A DNA stretch of 64,000 nucleotides. Source: an uncultured Chloroflexia bacterium. Lineage in GTDB: Bacteria > Chloroflexota > Limnocylindria > Limnocylindrales > CSP1-4. How positions within the stretch are numbered: position 1 is the stretch's first letter; each line of letters begins with the position of its first letter. Of this stretch, positions 1-10,571 are shown in pieces. Location of the stretch: contig CAWHDR010000001.1 of NCBI GenBank assembly GCA_963828165.1, positions 1,536,001 to 1,600,000 on the forward strand. Reading direction: 5' to 3'. The notes beneath the pieces were generated by a model, which was not told where the DNA came from, did not search any database, and saw only the letters and a program-made list of their open reading frames with translations. The position numbers and the translations under genes were made by a program.

Positions 1-645
1 GACTTGAGCCACGAGATCGTCCACGGGATGACCACACATCCCGGGATCCCGGTGCCGTCGATCTCGACGTTCCTGACGCACGAGGCGTCCACCGGCAGGT
101 ACGCGCCCGGCACGACGTTCGAGATCGGTCGCATCGACCTCGTCGCGAACACCGGGACGTACATCGACATGCCGGCCCATCGATTTCCCGATGGACAGGA
201 CCTGTCAGGCCTCGAGCTGGAGCGTGTCGTCGATGTCGATGGCGTTCTCGTCGACTGCCGTGGCGCTACGGACCGCGCCATCGGGCCGGACACGTTCCAA
301 GGCGTCGATGTCCGAGGGCGAGCCGTCCTCGTGGCCACGGGTTGGGACGAGCATTGGGGAACCCCGGCCTACCTCAGCGACAACCCGTTCCTGACCGGTG
401 ACGCCGCCGAATGGCTCGTGGGGGCGGGCGCGGCGCTGATCGGCATCGACTCCCTCAACGTCGACTCGCTGACCGACCCGGCCCGACCGGCCCACACCGC
501 GATCCTTCGTGCCGGCATCCCGCTGGTGGAGCACCTGACCGGCGTCGGTGAACTTCCGCCCACGGGCTGGCGCTTCTTCGCCGTGCCTCCGCGGATCGTC
601 GGGATGGCGACGTTCCCGGTGCGTGCCTTCGCGATCGTCGGCTGA
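1..645 (+). CDS. Cyclase family / kynurenine formamidase-like metal-dependent hydrolase (5' end truncated by the window)
   Basis: Frame is open from base 1 (DLSHEI...). Motifs NTGTYIDMPAH, IGIDSLNVD, H...GIPLVEHL and the C-terminal PVRAFA are typical of the cyclase family. Confidence 0.85.
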   Translation, partial: DLSHEIVHGMTTHPGIPVPSISTFLTHEASTGRYAPGTTFEIGRIDLVANTGTYIDMPAHRFPDGQDLSGLELERVVDVDGVLVDCRGATDRAIGPDTFQGVDVRGRAVLVATGWDEHWGTPAYLSDNPFLTGDAAEWLVGAGAALIGIDSLNVDSLTDPARPAHTAILRAGIPLVEHLTGVGELPPTGWRFFAVPPRIVGMATFPVRAFAIVG

Positions 646-709
646 GGCTGCCGCGCGAGCCGGCATCCCGACGACGAAGCCGCGCATCGCGCATCAGCTG
701 AGGGCACGC

Positions 710-1520
710 CTAGCCTTCCGTGTCTGGCGCCCATCCGGGTTTGCGTTTCTCATCGAACGCCGCGAAACCCTCGCGCGCCTCCGCGCTCACGCGCTGGCGG
801 GCGATGACGCGCGCGGTGTGCCACTTGGATGAGCCGTGACCCAGGCCGCGCACCTCACGGACGATCGCCTTGGCGGCGCGGGCCGCAGTCGGTCCGGCGG
901 CCAGCACATCGGCCACCGCAGCCTCCACCGCGGCGTCGAGCGCATCCTCGCCTTCGACGATCTCGTGGACCAGCCCGATCCGCTGAGCCCGCACCGCGTC
1001 GAACCGGCGCCCGCCAGGAAAGAGCGCTCGAGCGTGCGACTCCCCGATCTTCGCGATCACGAACGGTGCGATGACCGCCGGCAGGATCCCGAGGCGCGTC
1101 TCGGTGAACCCGAACCGGGCACCGCTCTCGGCCACCACCAGATCGCCGACGGCGCACAGGCCCATCCCGCCCCCGAGCGCGGCACCCTGCACGCGGACGA
1201 TCAGCGGAACCGGCAGGGTGTCGATGGTCTCGAACATGTCGGCCATCGCCATGGCGTCCTGCTCATTACCCTCGACATCAAGCGCCATCGCCGCCCGCAT
1301 CCAGGCGATGTCGGCGCCGGCACAGAACGAGGACCCATCTCCGGCGAGGATCACGGCCCGCAGGCTCGCGCGGCTCCTCGCGGGCGAGCATCGCAAACGT
1401 CGTCCGCAGCTCGGCGATGACGGATGCGTCGAAGGCGTTGTGCACCTCCGGGCGTGCGAGTGTGACCCGGGCCACGGCGTCCGCGGGGCCGCTGCGCTCG
1501 AGCCGAATGGCGGGACTCAC
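710..1520 (-). CDS. liuC: Enoyl-CoA hydratase/isomerase, probably methylglutaconyl-CoA hydratase; +1 frameshift near 1370
   Basis: N-terminal part VTLARPEVHNAFD is in one frame; FCAGADIAWM, GAALGGGMGL and FTETRLGILPA are in another. GTG start lies 6 nt after a TACGAT -10-like hexamer. Confidence 0.8.
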
Positions 1521-1603
1521 CGCAACATCGTACCGGCGCGCGTAGGCACCGGCGGACCCGGCGCCGACTTTCGAACGGAGCCACGCCGGTCTACCCTGCC
1601 GCC

Positions 1604-2146
1604 ATGGGCCCATCGAATCCGTGGTCGCCGAACTGGCAGCCGGACCCGAGCGGGGGTCGGCTCCTGAGGATTCGCGCCTCACGGCGCGGGGCGTACCTGG
1701 CGGCTGGGATCTACCTGCCGATCGCCACGGTGGCGGCCGTATTCGCCGCCACTCCGCTCGCGACTCTCTGGGCGGAAGTGACGGCGCCGATCGCCATGGT
1801 CGCCGTCCTCTCCGGCGTCGCCGGCGTCGCGCTGCTGGGAGCCGGCCTCGCACCCGCGGCACTCGGGTCGAAGATCGACGCCGCCGTGGTCGGAGTCGCC
1901 ATCGCGATCGGCTGTCCGGTGGCGGCTACCGCGTCGTTCGTGATCTGGGGCTGGGTGATCGATTCCTGGTCCGGCGAGGTTGATGTCGCGGCCTCGTTCC
2001 TACGGGCGGGCGTGACCGCGGCGACGCAGGTGGCGCCGCTGGTCGCCGTGGGCGCCGCGGCCTGGGTCGTGATCCTTCGCCGAGTCAGCGCGCCGCTGCC
2101 GCTCCCGCCACCGTCGACTCCGCCGCCGGCCACTCCAGGACTCTGA
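1604..2146 (+). CDS. Hypothetical integral membrane protein (about 4 TM segments)
   Basis: 180-aa ORF with several hydrophobic segments; TACCCT -10-like hexamer 6 nt upstream of ATG. Confidence 0.6.
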   Translation: MGPSNPWSPNWQPDPSGGRLLRIRASRRGAYLAAGIYLPIATVAAVFAATPLATLWAEVTAPIAMVAVLSGVAGVALLGAGLAPAALGSKIDAAVVGVAIAIGCPVAATASFVIWGWVIDSWSGEVDVAASFLRAGVTAATQVAPLVAVGAAAWVVILRRVSAPLPLPPPSTPPPATPGL

Positions 2147-2894
2147 CCTCGTCCCCCAGGCGCATCCGGCCGGGCTGTTCGACGTCCGCCAGCACCCCGA
2201 AGTCCGCGTGCTTGCCGTCGCGCAGACCGCGGTAGCTGATGATCGTGCGCAACGTGTCGAGGTCACGCTCGCCCGTATCCGGGTCCTGCGTCGTGATCGC
2301 GCAGCGCGCGTCGGGCATGGTCACCCGCAGCACCGCGTCGCCGATGGCGATCCGGCCGCCGATCCAGGTGTCCTCCTCGTGCGCCCGTGCGCCTTCGAGA
2401 TCGATGAGCATCCGGAAACGACGCGGGTCGACCTCGTCAATGCCGGCGTTCGCGGCCAGCTCCCGCAGTGATCCGTCCGAGATGATGCTGGTCGGATTGC
2501 CGGCCCGCGTGCCGCCGGGTCGATCGCAGCGGACGAGGATGATCGGCCGGCCCGCGATGGGCGCCAGGGCGTCGGCCCACGGCCCGATGACCACGTGCCC
2601 GACTCCGGTCCGTCCGTGGATGTGGGTCTCGACGGGATCGCCGAGCTTGACGTCGTCCTCGATGACACTCCCATCCGGGAAGGTCATCCGCAGGGTCGTC
2701 GCGTCGGGATCGGTGTGGGCCGAGACGACGACCAGCCGTCCGACGACGATGCGGTCGACGAGCCGGTTCGACTCGTCCGTCAGGTAGAAGCGACGATCCT
2801 CGGCGACCCCGTGCTCGGTCACGTCGATCTCGGCCGGGTGCTCCAGCCCGAGGCTGCGAACGGGTGCGATCGAAAAGCGGGCGATGCTGGGCAT
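2085..2894 (-). CDS. MOSC domain protein with N-terminal beta-barrel
   Basis: Motifs PVRSLG, DRRFYL, RRFRMLID, EEDTW, RCAITTQDPDTG and FGV. Confidence 0.9.
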   Translation of the reverse strand: MPSIARFSIAPVRSLGLEHPAEIDVTEHGVAEDRRFYLTDESNRLVDRIVVGRLVVVSAHTDPDATTLRMTFPDGSVIEDDVKLGDPVETHIHGRTGVGHVVIGPWADALAPIAGRPIILVRCDRPGGTRAGNPTSIISDGSLRELAANAGIDEVDPRRFRMLIDLEGARAHEEDTWIGGRIAIGDAVLRVTMPDARCAITTQDPDTGERDLDTLRTIISYRGLRDGKHADFGVLADVEQPGRMRLGDEVRVLEWPAAESTVAGAAAAR

Positions 2895-3005
2895 GCGCGG
2901 ATGCTACCGGACGACGTCGTTCGGGATCGAGGACGTCGCGCCCGGTTCGAACCTACACTCCGGACTCCCGCTCTGGTACTCGAGCTCAAGGAGTCACGGC
3001 CACGC

Positions 3006-4544
3006 ATGCCCGATCGCGCTGAACGCCGCCTTCCGCCGATCTCGCAATACCCGGTGCATCCGTTCCTGTTCGCGGCGTACGCGGTCTTGTTCCTCTATTC
3101 CGAGAACCTGGCGGCCGTGCTTCTGGTGGACGTGGGCGACCCACTCACGGTCGCGATCGTCCAGGCGATCGTGTTCTATGCCGGTGCGACGATCCTTCTG
3201 CGCAGTGCTCGGCGGGGAGCGGTGGTCGCGTCCGCCATCCTGATCGCCTGGTACGGCTTCGGCCATGCCGCCCCCGGGCTCGCTGATTCCGGGCTGGATG
3301 AACGCCGACAGCTCGCCCTGTGGCTGTTCGCCGTCGCCGGCGCCGTAGCCTATGCCGTACTCGCGCGCCGTTCCCTGCCGACGATCACGGCGCTCCTGAA
3401 CATCTTCGCGGCGGTCCTGGTGACATTCACGCTCGTCTCCATCGTCCCCTACGAGATCTCACGCGGGGCGCGACCCGTGGCAGCCGTCGAGGCCGGGCTC
3501 ACGGGAACGGGTGTTCCCCCGCCGACGCGTGACGTCTACTACCTCGTCTTCGATCGCTACGGGTCGGCGAACTCCCTTGCGACGGCGTTCGGGATCACGG
3601 ACAACGACCTCCCCGGCTGGCTGGAGACGCGCGGCTTCCAGGTCGTGGCGGACAGCCACGCGAACTACCGTGCGACGGACTTCTCGCTCGCGGCGACCCT
3701 CAACATGACCTACCTGGATCACCTGACGGAGTCGATCGGGCGGGTTTCAGACGACCGGACGCCAGCCCAGTCGATGCTGCAGGGCCACCGGGTCGGGAAG
3801 GAGTTCCAGGCGCTGGGATATCGCTACGTGCATCTCGGCTCGTGGTTCGGACCCACCGTGACCAATGCCGAAGCCGACGAGAACATCACATCCGGGGTCA
3901 CCAGCGAGTTCGAGTCCGTCCTCCGCGATACCACCATCCTTCCCGCCATCGAGCGTGTCCGCGGCGACAAGACAGCGACCCGGACGTTCTTCGAGCGCCA
4001 CGGCGACCTGGCGCTCTTCCAGTTGCGGCAGGTGGCGCGCCTGGCTTCCGCACCGGGACCCAAGTTCGTCTTTGCGCACATCCTCCTGCCGCACGATCCC
4101 TACGTCTTCCGCGCGGATGGCACGCGGTACACCGAGGATGAGGTCCGCGACATGGAGGAGGCGGGCCTCTACGACGGCCAGTTGCGCTTCCTGAACGGGC
4201 AGATCAAGGAGGTCGTCGAAACGTTGACCGCCGGGGGAGACGACACGGATCCGATCATCATCATCCAGGGCGACGAGGGCCCACTGGCCTGTCGGAGCGT
4301 CGATTGCGTCGGGGACGACCCACGCTACTTCGCCCTCCGCTTCGGGAACCTGAACGCGATGTACCTTCCCGGCTCGGACGCCGTCGTGCCGCAGGACATC
4401 ACGTCCGTGAACACCTTCAGGTTCCTGTTCGGGTCTGTGTTCGGACAGGACGTCGAGCTGCTTCCGAACCGCAGCTACACGTGGCCGGACAACGACCACA
4501 TCTACGACTTCCGCGACATCACCGATGAGATCCCGCCGGGCTAG
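3006..4544 (+). CDS. Membrane-anchored sulfatase/alkaline-phosphatase-superfamily protein (LTA synthase-like architecture)
   Basis: About 5 N-terminal TM helices, then VYYLVFDRY, a Thr at the likely nucleophile position (NYRAT), HILLPHDPY and IIQGDEG. Confidence 0.75.
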   Translation: MPDRAERRLPPISQYPVHPFLFAAYAVLFLYSENLAAVLLVDVGDPLTVAIVQAIVFYAGATILLRSARRGAVVASAILIAWYGFGHAAPGLADSGLDERRQLALWLFAVAGAVAYAVLARRSLPTITALLNIFAAVLVTFTLVSIVPYEISRGARPVAAVEAGLTGTGVPPPTRDVYYLVFDRYGSANSLATAFGITDNDLPGWLETRGFQVVADSHANYRATDFSLAATLNMTYLDHLTESIGRVSDDRTPAQSMLQGHRVGKEFQALGYRYVHLGSWFGPTVTNAEADENITSGVTSEFESVLRDTTILPAIERVRGDKTATRTFFERHGDLALFQLRQVARLASAPGPKFVFAHILLPHDPYVFRADGTRYTEDEVRDMEEAGLYDGQLRFLNGQIKEVVETLTAGGDDTDPIIIIQGDEGPLACRSVDCVGDDPRYFALRFGNLNAMYLPGSDAVVPQDITSVNTFRFLFGSVFGQDVELLPNRSYTWPDNDHIYDFRDITDEIPPG

Positions 4545-4556
4545 CGGCCACGGCGG

Positions 4557-5165
4557 TCAGCGCAAACCGACACTCTCCAGCTCGGCTTTGGCCAGCTCCT
4601 GGTATCGGCCGGCCGCGAAGTCGCCGAACGGATCGGACGTGTGTTCGAGCAGCTCCGGGTACGACAGGCGGTAGAGGGCGCGGGTCGCCAGCGCCCGTTC
4701 CATCGCGACTTCGGTCATGTCCCCGCGCCGGATCGCCTTGTGCGCCGCCCGGACATTCGCCAGGCGCGCCGCCCGCCACGGGAGGTAGCGGCTCAACCAC
4801 GGGACCACCATGACGCCGACCACCAGCAGGGCCAGGAGCCGCGCGATCAGGATGAGCAGCGTCTCGAGTTCCTGCCCGACGTAGATCAACGGCTCGCCCG
4901 CCGTGCCGAAGGCGCCGGTCGTGAGGTCGCCGATTCCCGGGCCGACCAGGGGGACATCGGCGAACGCGTCCCCCAGGGCGGCGCCCGCACCCTGGATGTT
5001 GGTGCCGCCGGCCTGGAGCACGCGGCCGGCTTCCGCGAACGACGAGATCACATCGTGGACCTTGGCGCCGAGGACGACCCAGAACGAAACCCAGATCCAC
5101 GTCGCCACGTCCGCGACCATCTCGCGCACACGAGCCGCTGGGACCTCGCTCCATAACTTCAGCAT
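4557..5165 (-). CDS. Hypothetical membrane protein
   Basis: 202-aa ORF with two TM segments and GC3-rich codon usage. Confidence 0.7.
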   Translation of the reverse strand: MLKLWSEVPAARVREMVADVATWIWVSFWVVLGAKVHDVISSFAEAGRVLQAGGTNIQGAGAALGDAFADVPLVGPGIGDLTTGAFGTAGEPLIYVGQELETLLILIARLLALLVVGVMVVPWLSRYLPWRAARLANVRAAHKAIRRGDMTEVAMERALATRALYRLSYPELLEHTSDPFGDFAAGRYQELAKAELESVGLR

Positions 5166-5184
5166 CGTGGCCTCCTGGCGTGAT

Positions 5185-6792
5185 CTACATCCGGAAGACG
5201 CCGAACCTCGTCTCGGGGATCGGAGCGTGGAGGGACGCCTCGAGTCCCAGCGCGAGGACGCGCCGCGTGTCGAGCGGATCGATGACCCCGTCGTCCCACA
5301 GCCGGGCCGTCGCGAAATACGGCGACCCCTCGCGTTCGTACGTCTCGAGGATCGGCGCCTCGAAGGCGTCGCGTTCCGCGTCGTTCTCGAACTCGCCGCG
5401 GACCGTGGACAGGACGCGGGCGGCCTGCTGGCCGCCCATCACCGAGATCCGGGCGTTCGGCCAGGTCCACAGGAATCGCGGCTGGTAGGCGCGGCCCGCC
5501 ATCGCGTAGTTCCCTGCCCCGAAGCTGCCGCCGATGAGCACGGTGAACTTGGGGACCTCGGCGTTGGCGACGGCCATGACGAGCTTCGCCCCGTCCTTGG
5601 CGATGCCGGCCTCCTCGTACTCGCGCCCGACCATGAAGCCCGTGATGTTCTGGAGGAAGACGAGCGGGATGCGCCGCTGACAGGCGAGCTCGATGAAATG
5701 GGCGCCCTTGAGTGCCGACTGGCTGAACAGGATGCCGTCGTTCGCGATGATGCCCACGGGGTACCCATCGATGTGGGCGAAGCCGGTGACCAGGGTCTCG
5801 CCGTAAAGCGGCTTGAACTCGTGGAACCGCGACCCGTCGATCAGGCGGGCGAGGATCTCGCGCACGGGCACGGGTCGACGGGGGTCCGCCGACACCGCGC
5901 TGTAGATGCCGGCCGCGCCGGCAGGGTCGACGGCCGGGGACTCCGGAGTGCGCCGATCCCACGGCGGGGGAGGTGGCTTGCGGTTGAGGTTCGCGACGAT
6001 CGATCGGCCGAGGGCGAGCGCGTGCTCGTCGTCGAGCGCCTCGTGGTCCGCGACACCGGACTTGCGGGTGTGGACCTCGGCGCCACCGAGGTCCTCTGCA
6101 GAGACATCCTCGCCGGTCGCGGCCTTCACGAGCGGTGGGCCGCCCAGGAAGATCGTGCCCGTGCCCTTGACGATGACGGTCTCGTCGCTCATCGCCGGGA
6201 CGTAGGCGCCACCGGCCGTGCAACTGCCCATGACGAGCGCGACCTGGGGGATCGCGGCGGCCGACATGCGGGCCTGGTTGTAGAAGATCCGCCCGAAATG
6301 GTCGCGGTCCGGGAACACGTCGGCCTGGAGCGGGAGGAACGCGCCGCCGCTGTCGACGAGATAGATGCAGGGCAGCTGGTTCTCGAGGGCGACCTCCTGC
6401 GCACGCAGGTGCTTCTTGACGGTCATCGGGTAGTACGTGCCGCCCTTGACGGTCGCATCGTTCGCGACGATCACGCAGGTCGTGCCCTCCACGCGGCCGA
6501 TGCCCGTGACGATCCCGGCGCCCGGGGCGTCGTCGTCGTAGAGGCCGGTGGCGGCCAATGGGCTCAATTCCAGGAACGGGCTGCCCGGGTCCAGGAGGCG
6601 ATCGATCCGTTCGCGGACCGGGAGCTTGCCGCGTTCGCGGTGGCGCTCGATCGACCGGTCGTCGCCCCCGGCACCGCGGCCCGCGACCGCCTCTTGCCGT
6701 TCCCGCAGGTCGTCGACGAGGGCGGACATCGCGTCGTGGTTCGCGCGCGTCTCGGCGGCGGCGGGATCGAGCCGGCTGCGCAGGACGGGCAT
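5185..6792 (-). CDS. liuB: Acyl-CoA carboxylase beta (carboxyltransferase) subunit, methylcrotonyl-CoA carboxylase type
   Basis: Motifs [58 protein letters not shown] and the C-terminal FGVFRM. ATG lies 6 nt after TATCAT. Confidence 0.92.
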   Translation of the reverse strand: MPVLRSRLDPAAAETRANHDAMSALVDDLRERQEAVAGRGAGGDDRSIERHRERGKLPVRERIDRLLDPGSPFLELSPLAATGLYDDDAPGAGIVTGIGRVEGTTCVIVANDATVKGGTYYPMTVKKHLRAQEVALENQLPCIYLVDSGGAFLPLQADVFPDRDHFGRIFYNQARMSAAAIPQVALVMGSCTAGGAYVPAMSDETVIVKGTGTIFLGGPPLVKAATGEDVSAEDLGGAEVHTRKSGVADHEALDDEHALALGRSIVANLNRKPPPPPWDRRTPESPAVDPAGAAGIYSAVSADPRRPVPVREILARLIDGSRFHEFKPLYGETLVTGFAHIDGYPVGIIANDGILFSQSALKGAHFIELACQRRIPLVFLQNITGFMVGREYEEAGIAKDGAKLVMAVANAEVPKFTVLIGGSFGAGNYAMAGRAYQPRFLWTWPNARISVMGGQQAARVLSTVRGEFENDAERDAFEAPILETYEREGSPYFATARLWDDGVIDPLDTRRVLALGLEASLHAPIPETRFGVFRM

Positions 6793-6870
6793 GCGCGGAT
6801 GATAGGTCGGGCCTGCACCGGGGATGGCGTCCTCGAGCGTGCCGGTCATCAGTTGTACGCCAGTACGTGA

Positions 6871-7020
6871 TGTGCGCGTGGTGCACGTATCGGCGAACAA
6901 GTCCATGCGAAACGGCGTTCGATGCCCGATTGTGCGTGGGATGCACCATCCGGCGACTGAGACAGCCGGATCGAGGCCGCATATGGCCCTCGATCGTCGA
7001 TGGGTCCGTGGGGCGCACGT
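6871..7020. repeat. Three degenerate copies of an 18-bp quasi-palindrome (GTGC-N7-GCAC core)
   Basis: tgtgcgcgtggtgcacgt at 6871, tgtgcgtgggatgcacca at 6931, ggtccgtggggcgcacgt at 7003, with hairpins between them. Confidence 0.45.
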
Positions 7021-7088
7021 CCACGGGCCAAGGGGCGCGGGCCGATCGCTGGAATGGTCGTGTGGCGAACCGACCACGTTGTGCCTCG

Positions 7089-7114
7089 GGAACTCGAAGA
7101 CGGCCTGCGCCGTC
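7089..7114 (+). promoter_or_regulatory. Candidate ECF-sigma promoter GGAAC-N17-CGTC
   Basis: GGAAC at 7089-7093, CGTC at 7111-7114, ATG at 7123. Confidence 0.4.
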
Positions 7115-7122
7115 CCCCGGCC

Positions 7123-7590
7123 ATGCCGAAGAACATCCGACTTCTGGTGGTCCTCGCCGTCCTTGCCGCGATCGTGACGGCTTGTCAGTCCATCCCGGCG
7201 GTGGCCTCGCTGGTTCCCGACGCAGGCCCGCTGGTCGCGGTCACCGTTCGCGGCGGCGAATGCCCCGAGGGTGCATGCGGCGCAACGACCGTCATCGAGC
7301 GCAACGGCCGCGTCCACCAGACGGCGCCCGTGGCGGCGGAGCTCGGGGCACTCGCCCCGAACGTCCTCACCGCGCTCGACGCCGCCGTGAAGACGACCGA
7401 CTTCGACGCCCTCCGTGCGCGGAAGTTCACCGGGGAATGCCCCATGGCCTACGACGGCCAGGAGTTCATCTACGAATTCGGGGCGCCCGGCGGCATGGAA
7501 CGGATCGCGACCTGCGAGACCGAGGTGGACCCGAACGACCCGCTGTTCGTAGCGGTGACGGCAGCCCTGGCCGCGGTCGAGCCTCGCTAG
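7123..7590 (+). CDS. Putative lipoprotein
   Basis: Signal peptide ending in lipobox VTAC; four further Cys (ECPEGAC, ECP, TC) could form disulfides. Confidence 0.75.
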   Translation: MPKNIRLLVVLAVLAAIVTACQSIPAVASLVPDAGPLVAVTVRGGECPEGACGATTVIERNGRVHQTAPVAAELGALAPNVLTALDAAVKTTDFDALRARKFTGECPMAYDGQEFIYEFGAPGGMERIATCETEVDPNDPLFVAVTAALAAVEPR

Positions 7591-7610
7591 CTGAGCTGAA
7601 CGGCGCCGGC

Positions 7611-7961
7611 CTACGTCGGCGCCCGATTTCTCGACACCCCGAGCGCCGTGAGAATCACTCCCACGGCCAGCATCGCCCCCGAGGCCGCGAGCCACGGCGT
7701 GATGTCCGGTCCGCTGCACCCAGGACCGCAGCGCGCGTCCGCCGTTCCGATGACGAACAGCCAGCAGGCTCCGAGCCCCGTCAAGACGCCGCCGAGCGCG
7801 AGCGCCCGGCCCGGCCGAACGCTGAGGAGCCCTGCGGCGACCAGGCCCAGGAGCCCCAGCATCGTCCCGCCGACCAGCGTCGCCAACCCGAAGATCAGGC
7901 CGATGACGAGGCCGGTGAACCACCGTCCACGGAATTCCTTCGATTCGCCGGCCCATGTCAT
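7611..7961 (-). CDS. Small hypothetical membrane protein
   Basis: Begins [10 protein letters not shown], is hydrophobic and has a CGPGC loop. ATGA overlap with the upstream gene. Confidence 0.6.
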   Translation of the reverse strand: MTWAGESKEFRGRWFTGLVIGLIFGLATLVGGTMLGLLGLVAAGLLSVRPGRALALGGVLTGLGACWLFVIGTADARCGPGCSGPDITPWLAASGAMLAVGVILTALGVSRNRAPT

Positions 7962-8467
7962 CGCGCGAGCCAATGTGCTCGATGGCCCACCGGTGGAGCG
8001 AGAGCAACAACGATCGTAGCGAGCACCATGCCGATGCCCACGATCTGCCGGGGTCGATCGATCGAGCCGAACGGGTCGCATCCCGATGACGGGAGGAACC
8101 ATGTCGCCGTGCCCAAGATCGAGACGGCGATGCCGCGAAGCAACTCGTTTCCGGACGGCAGCGGCCCACGCCCCAACCCGGTGATCGCGAGGAATCCGGC
8201 AAAGGCGACGACAGGCCAGCCGGTCATGATGGCTGGCAACATGCACAACGCTCCAGCGGCTCCCACGACCGGAACCGACCCGCGCACGGCCCCGACGACC
8301 GCGATCGCGGCCGGCATCAGGAACAGCGGGAAGAGCAGCGTGCTGCGGCCTCGATCATTCGGGTCGATCGGCGCGCTCAGGACAAGAAAGACGGCGTGGC
8401 CCGCTGAGATTGCCGCCAGGAGCAGGATCACGCTTCGAACCGCGCCGACTTGTCGTGCTACTCTCAT
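7958..8467 (-). CDS. Hypothetical membrane protein
   Basis: Several TM segments; translationally coupled to the next gene. Start position uncertain. Confidence 0.55.
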   Translation of the reverse strand: MRVARQVGAVRSVILLLAAISAGHAVFLVLSAPIDPNDRGRSTLLFPLFLMPAAIAVVGAVRGSVPVVGAAGALCMLPAIMTGWPVVAFAGFLAITGLGRGPLPSGNELLRGIAVSILGTATWFLPSSGCDPFGSIDRPRQIVGIGMVLATIVVALAPPVGHRAHWLAR

Positions 8468-8468
8468 A

Positions 8469-8496
8469 TAGCAAGTTATGAACGCTAAACTCGCTA
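8469..8496. promoter_or_regulatory. Candidate operator, inverted repeat TAGCAAGTT-N10-AACTCGCTA
   Basis: 8/9-matched inverted repeat in an AT-rich patch spanning the regulator's start codon, between divergent genes. Confidence 0.55.
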
Positions 8497-9260
8497 CCGT
8501 CAAGTCGCACGAAAACAATGGCGGTCCCACCACGACCCGCGCCGCTGAGAACCGCCCCGCTCCGACGACCGCGGAAACCATCCGCTTGGAGCTCGCGGAA
8601 GCCTGGGGCGAGATGGGCGCAGCGTGGGGCGTGACGCCGGCCATCGCGCGCGTGCAGGCCTATCTCATGGCCCGCCAGGCGCCGTTGACCGAGCGTGAGG
8701 TCCGCGAGGCGCTGGGCCTCAGCCACCGAGCCGCCAGCCTGGCGCTGGCCGAGGCCGAGTCGTGGGGCATCGTCGAGCGTGTCTCCGAGCCACGCCGGGT
8801 TGGCCGCCGCGGGCCGGCAGGCGTCGCGTACCTCGCCGTCGGGGATCACTTCCAGTGGTTCGGCCGGGTCATCGCTGAGCGCAAGGTGCGCGAAGGGGAC
8901 CCCGTCGTCGCGGTGCTCGAGCAGAAGGCCAGAGAGGCCGCCGCGGCCGCCGCCGCGAATCCCGACGATGGCGAGCTGGCCGATCTTCGGGACTGGCTCG
9001 CATCCTTCGTCGTCTTCGTGCGCCTGTTCGATCGCGCCGTGGGGCTCATCCCACAGCTGGAACCCCGAGAGCTCGAGCGCTCGCTGCAGCTCCTCGACCG
9101 GGTGCCGGACGCCACGATCCTGCGGTTGTTCGACCTCCTCGGCGGCCTCGACGACGACGACGTCCTGGAGCTCGTCGACGCCGTGTCGCGGCTGTCGCCC
9201 AAGGCCGCGCGGCGCGCCACGAAGCTGATGTCTGGAGTCGTTCGCACCGTCTCGCGCTGA
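8478..9260 (+). CDS. GbsR/MarR-family winged-helix transcriptional regulator
   Basis: WGEMGAAWGV..IARVQAYL...PLTEREVREALGLSHRAASLAL..WGIV matches the GbsR-type pattern. Confidence 0.85.
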   Translation: MNAKLATVKSHENNGGPTTTRAAENRPAPTTAETIRLELAEAWGEMGAAWGVTPAIARVQAYLMARQAPLTEREVREALGLSHRAASLALAEAESWGIVERVSEPRRVGRRGPAGVAYLAVGDHFQWFGRVIAERKVREGDPVVAVLEQKAREAAAAAAANPDDGELADLRDWLASFVVFVRLFDRAVGLIPQLEPRELERSLQLLDRVPDATILRLFDLLGGLDDDDVLELVDAVSRLSPKAARRATKLMSGVVRTVSR

Positions 9261-9481
9261 CGGTCCACTGCCTCGGCGTCACCCTGAGTGACGGCTCGAC
9301 CATGAATGTGCATGGACCGGGGCTCGGATCGCCGTTTGGGACGTGCACGCTTGTACGTTCATCGCGAGGGTGCCACCACCGGTGACGGCGAGCCCGTGGC
9401 AGACCGTCGGAGCGTGGTACGAGTCCATCAAGGTCCAGTGCGCGGGGCATGAGCCGCACTCTTGGGCGCACGGGGAACGCG

Positions 9482-9490
9482 TGCGATAAT
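9482..9490 (+). promoter_or_regulatory. Extended -10 promoter element upstream of pdxS
   Basis: TGcGATAAT about 100 nt upstream of the ATG; SD-like GAGGA just before the start. Confidence 0.5.
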
Positions 9491-9593
9491 CGCAAGCGCG
9501 TAAGGGACTCGGCCGACTCGATCGGGCGACGACCCCGGGGCCAGACCCGGCCGGCGATCCGAACGCACAAACCTTGAGGAATCACAGCCCACC

Positions 9594-10481
9594 ATGACCG
9601 TCGAAACGTCCACCTGGGCGACCAAGAAGGGTCTCGCCCAGATGCTCAAGGGCGGCGTCATCATGGACGTCGTCACGGCCGACCAAGCCAAGATCGCCGA
9701 GGATGCCGGCGCTGTCGCCGTCATGGCGCTCGAACGCGTCCCCGCCGACATCCGCAAGGCGGGCGGTGTCGCTCGCATGTCCGATCCCGAGATGATCAGC
9801 GGGATCATGGACGCGGTCTCGATCCCGGTGATGGCCAAGGCCAGAATCGGGCACTTCGTCGAGGCGCAGGTGCTCGAGGCGCTCGGCGTCGACTACATCG
9901 ACGAGTCCGAGGTCCTCACCCCGGCCGACGAGAGCAACCACATCGACAAGCATGCGTTCAAGGTCCCGTTCGTCTGCGGTTGCCGGAACCTCGGGGAGGC
10001 GCTCCGCCGGATCAACGAGGGCGCCGCGATGATGCGGACCAAGGGCGAGGCCGGGACCGGCAACATCGTGGAGGCCGTCCGCCAGCTACGCGACGTGCTC
10101 AGCGAGCTGCGCCGGCTCCAGGGCATGCGTGACGACGAGCTGTTCGTCGCGGCCAAGGATCTTCAGGCACCGTACGAGCTCGTGAAGGACGTCGCTGCGA
10201 ACGGCAAGCTGCCGGTCGTCAACTTCGTGGCCGGCGGGATCTCGACCCCATCCGACGCGGCGCTGGTGATGCAGCTCGGCGCGGAGGGCGTGTTCGTCGG
10301 ATCGGGCATCTTCAAGAGCGAGGACCCGGCACGGATGGCCAACGCGATCGTGCAGGCCACCACGTTCTTCGATGACGCCAAGAAGATCGCCGAGGTCTCG
10401 AAGGGCCTGGGGGCTCCGATGCGGGGCATGGCCCTCGAAGAGATCCCGGAGCAGGAGCGGCTCGCGGTCCGCGGCTGGTAG
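9594..10481 (+). CDS. pdxS: Pyridoxal 5'-phosphate synthase lyase subunit
   Basis: Motifs [44 protein letters not shown] and the C-terminal RGW. Confidence 0.98.
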   Translation: MTVETSTWATKKGLAQMLKGGVIMDVVTADQAKIAEDAGAVAVMALERVPADIRKAGGVARMSDPEMISGIMDAVSIPVMAKARIGHFVEAQVLEALGVDYIDESEVLTPADESNHIDKHAFKVPFVCGCRNLGEALRRINEGAAMMRTKGEAGTGNIVEAVRQLRDVLSELRRLQGMRDDELFVAAKDLQAPYELVKDVAANGKLPVVNFVAGGISTPSDAALVMQLGAEGVFVGSGIFKSEDPARMANAIVQATTFFDDAKKIAEVSKGLGAPMRGMALEEIPEQERLAVRGW

Positions 10482-10571
10482 GGCGGGACGGCCCATCCTC
10501 GCGCCGATGGCTCGCAGGGGCGTCGCCTCGGCGCTCGGAGCGCGTGTGACCACACCACGTAGCATCTCTGT

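Noticed and set aside
2085-2146. 62-bp overlap of convergent genes
   Set aside because: Both tails are low-complexity, and such overlaps are common in high-GC genomes.
6793-8202. Apparent 1005-aa carboxylase with a ~470-aa N-terminal extension
   Set aside because: The upstream part overlaps a real lipoprotein gene and a membrane gene. Homology starts at MPVLRS (6792), which has its own -10 element.
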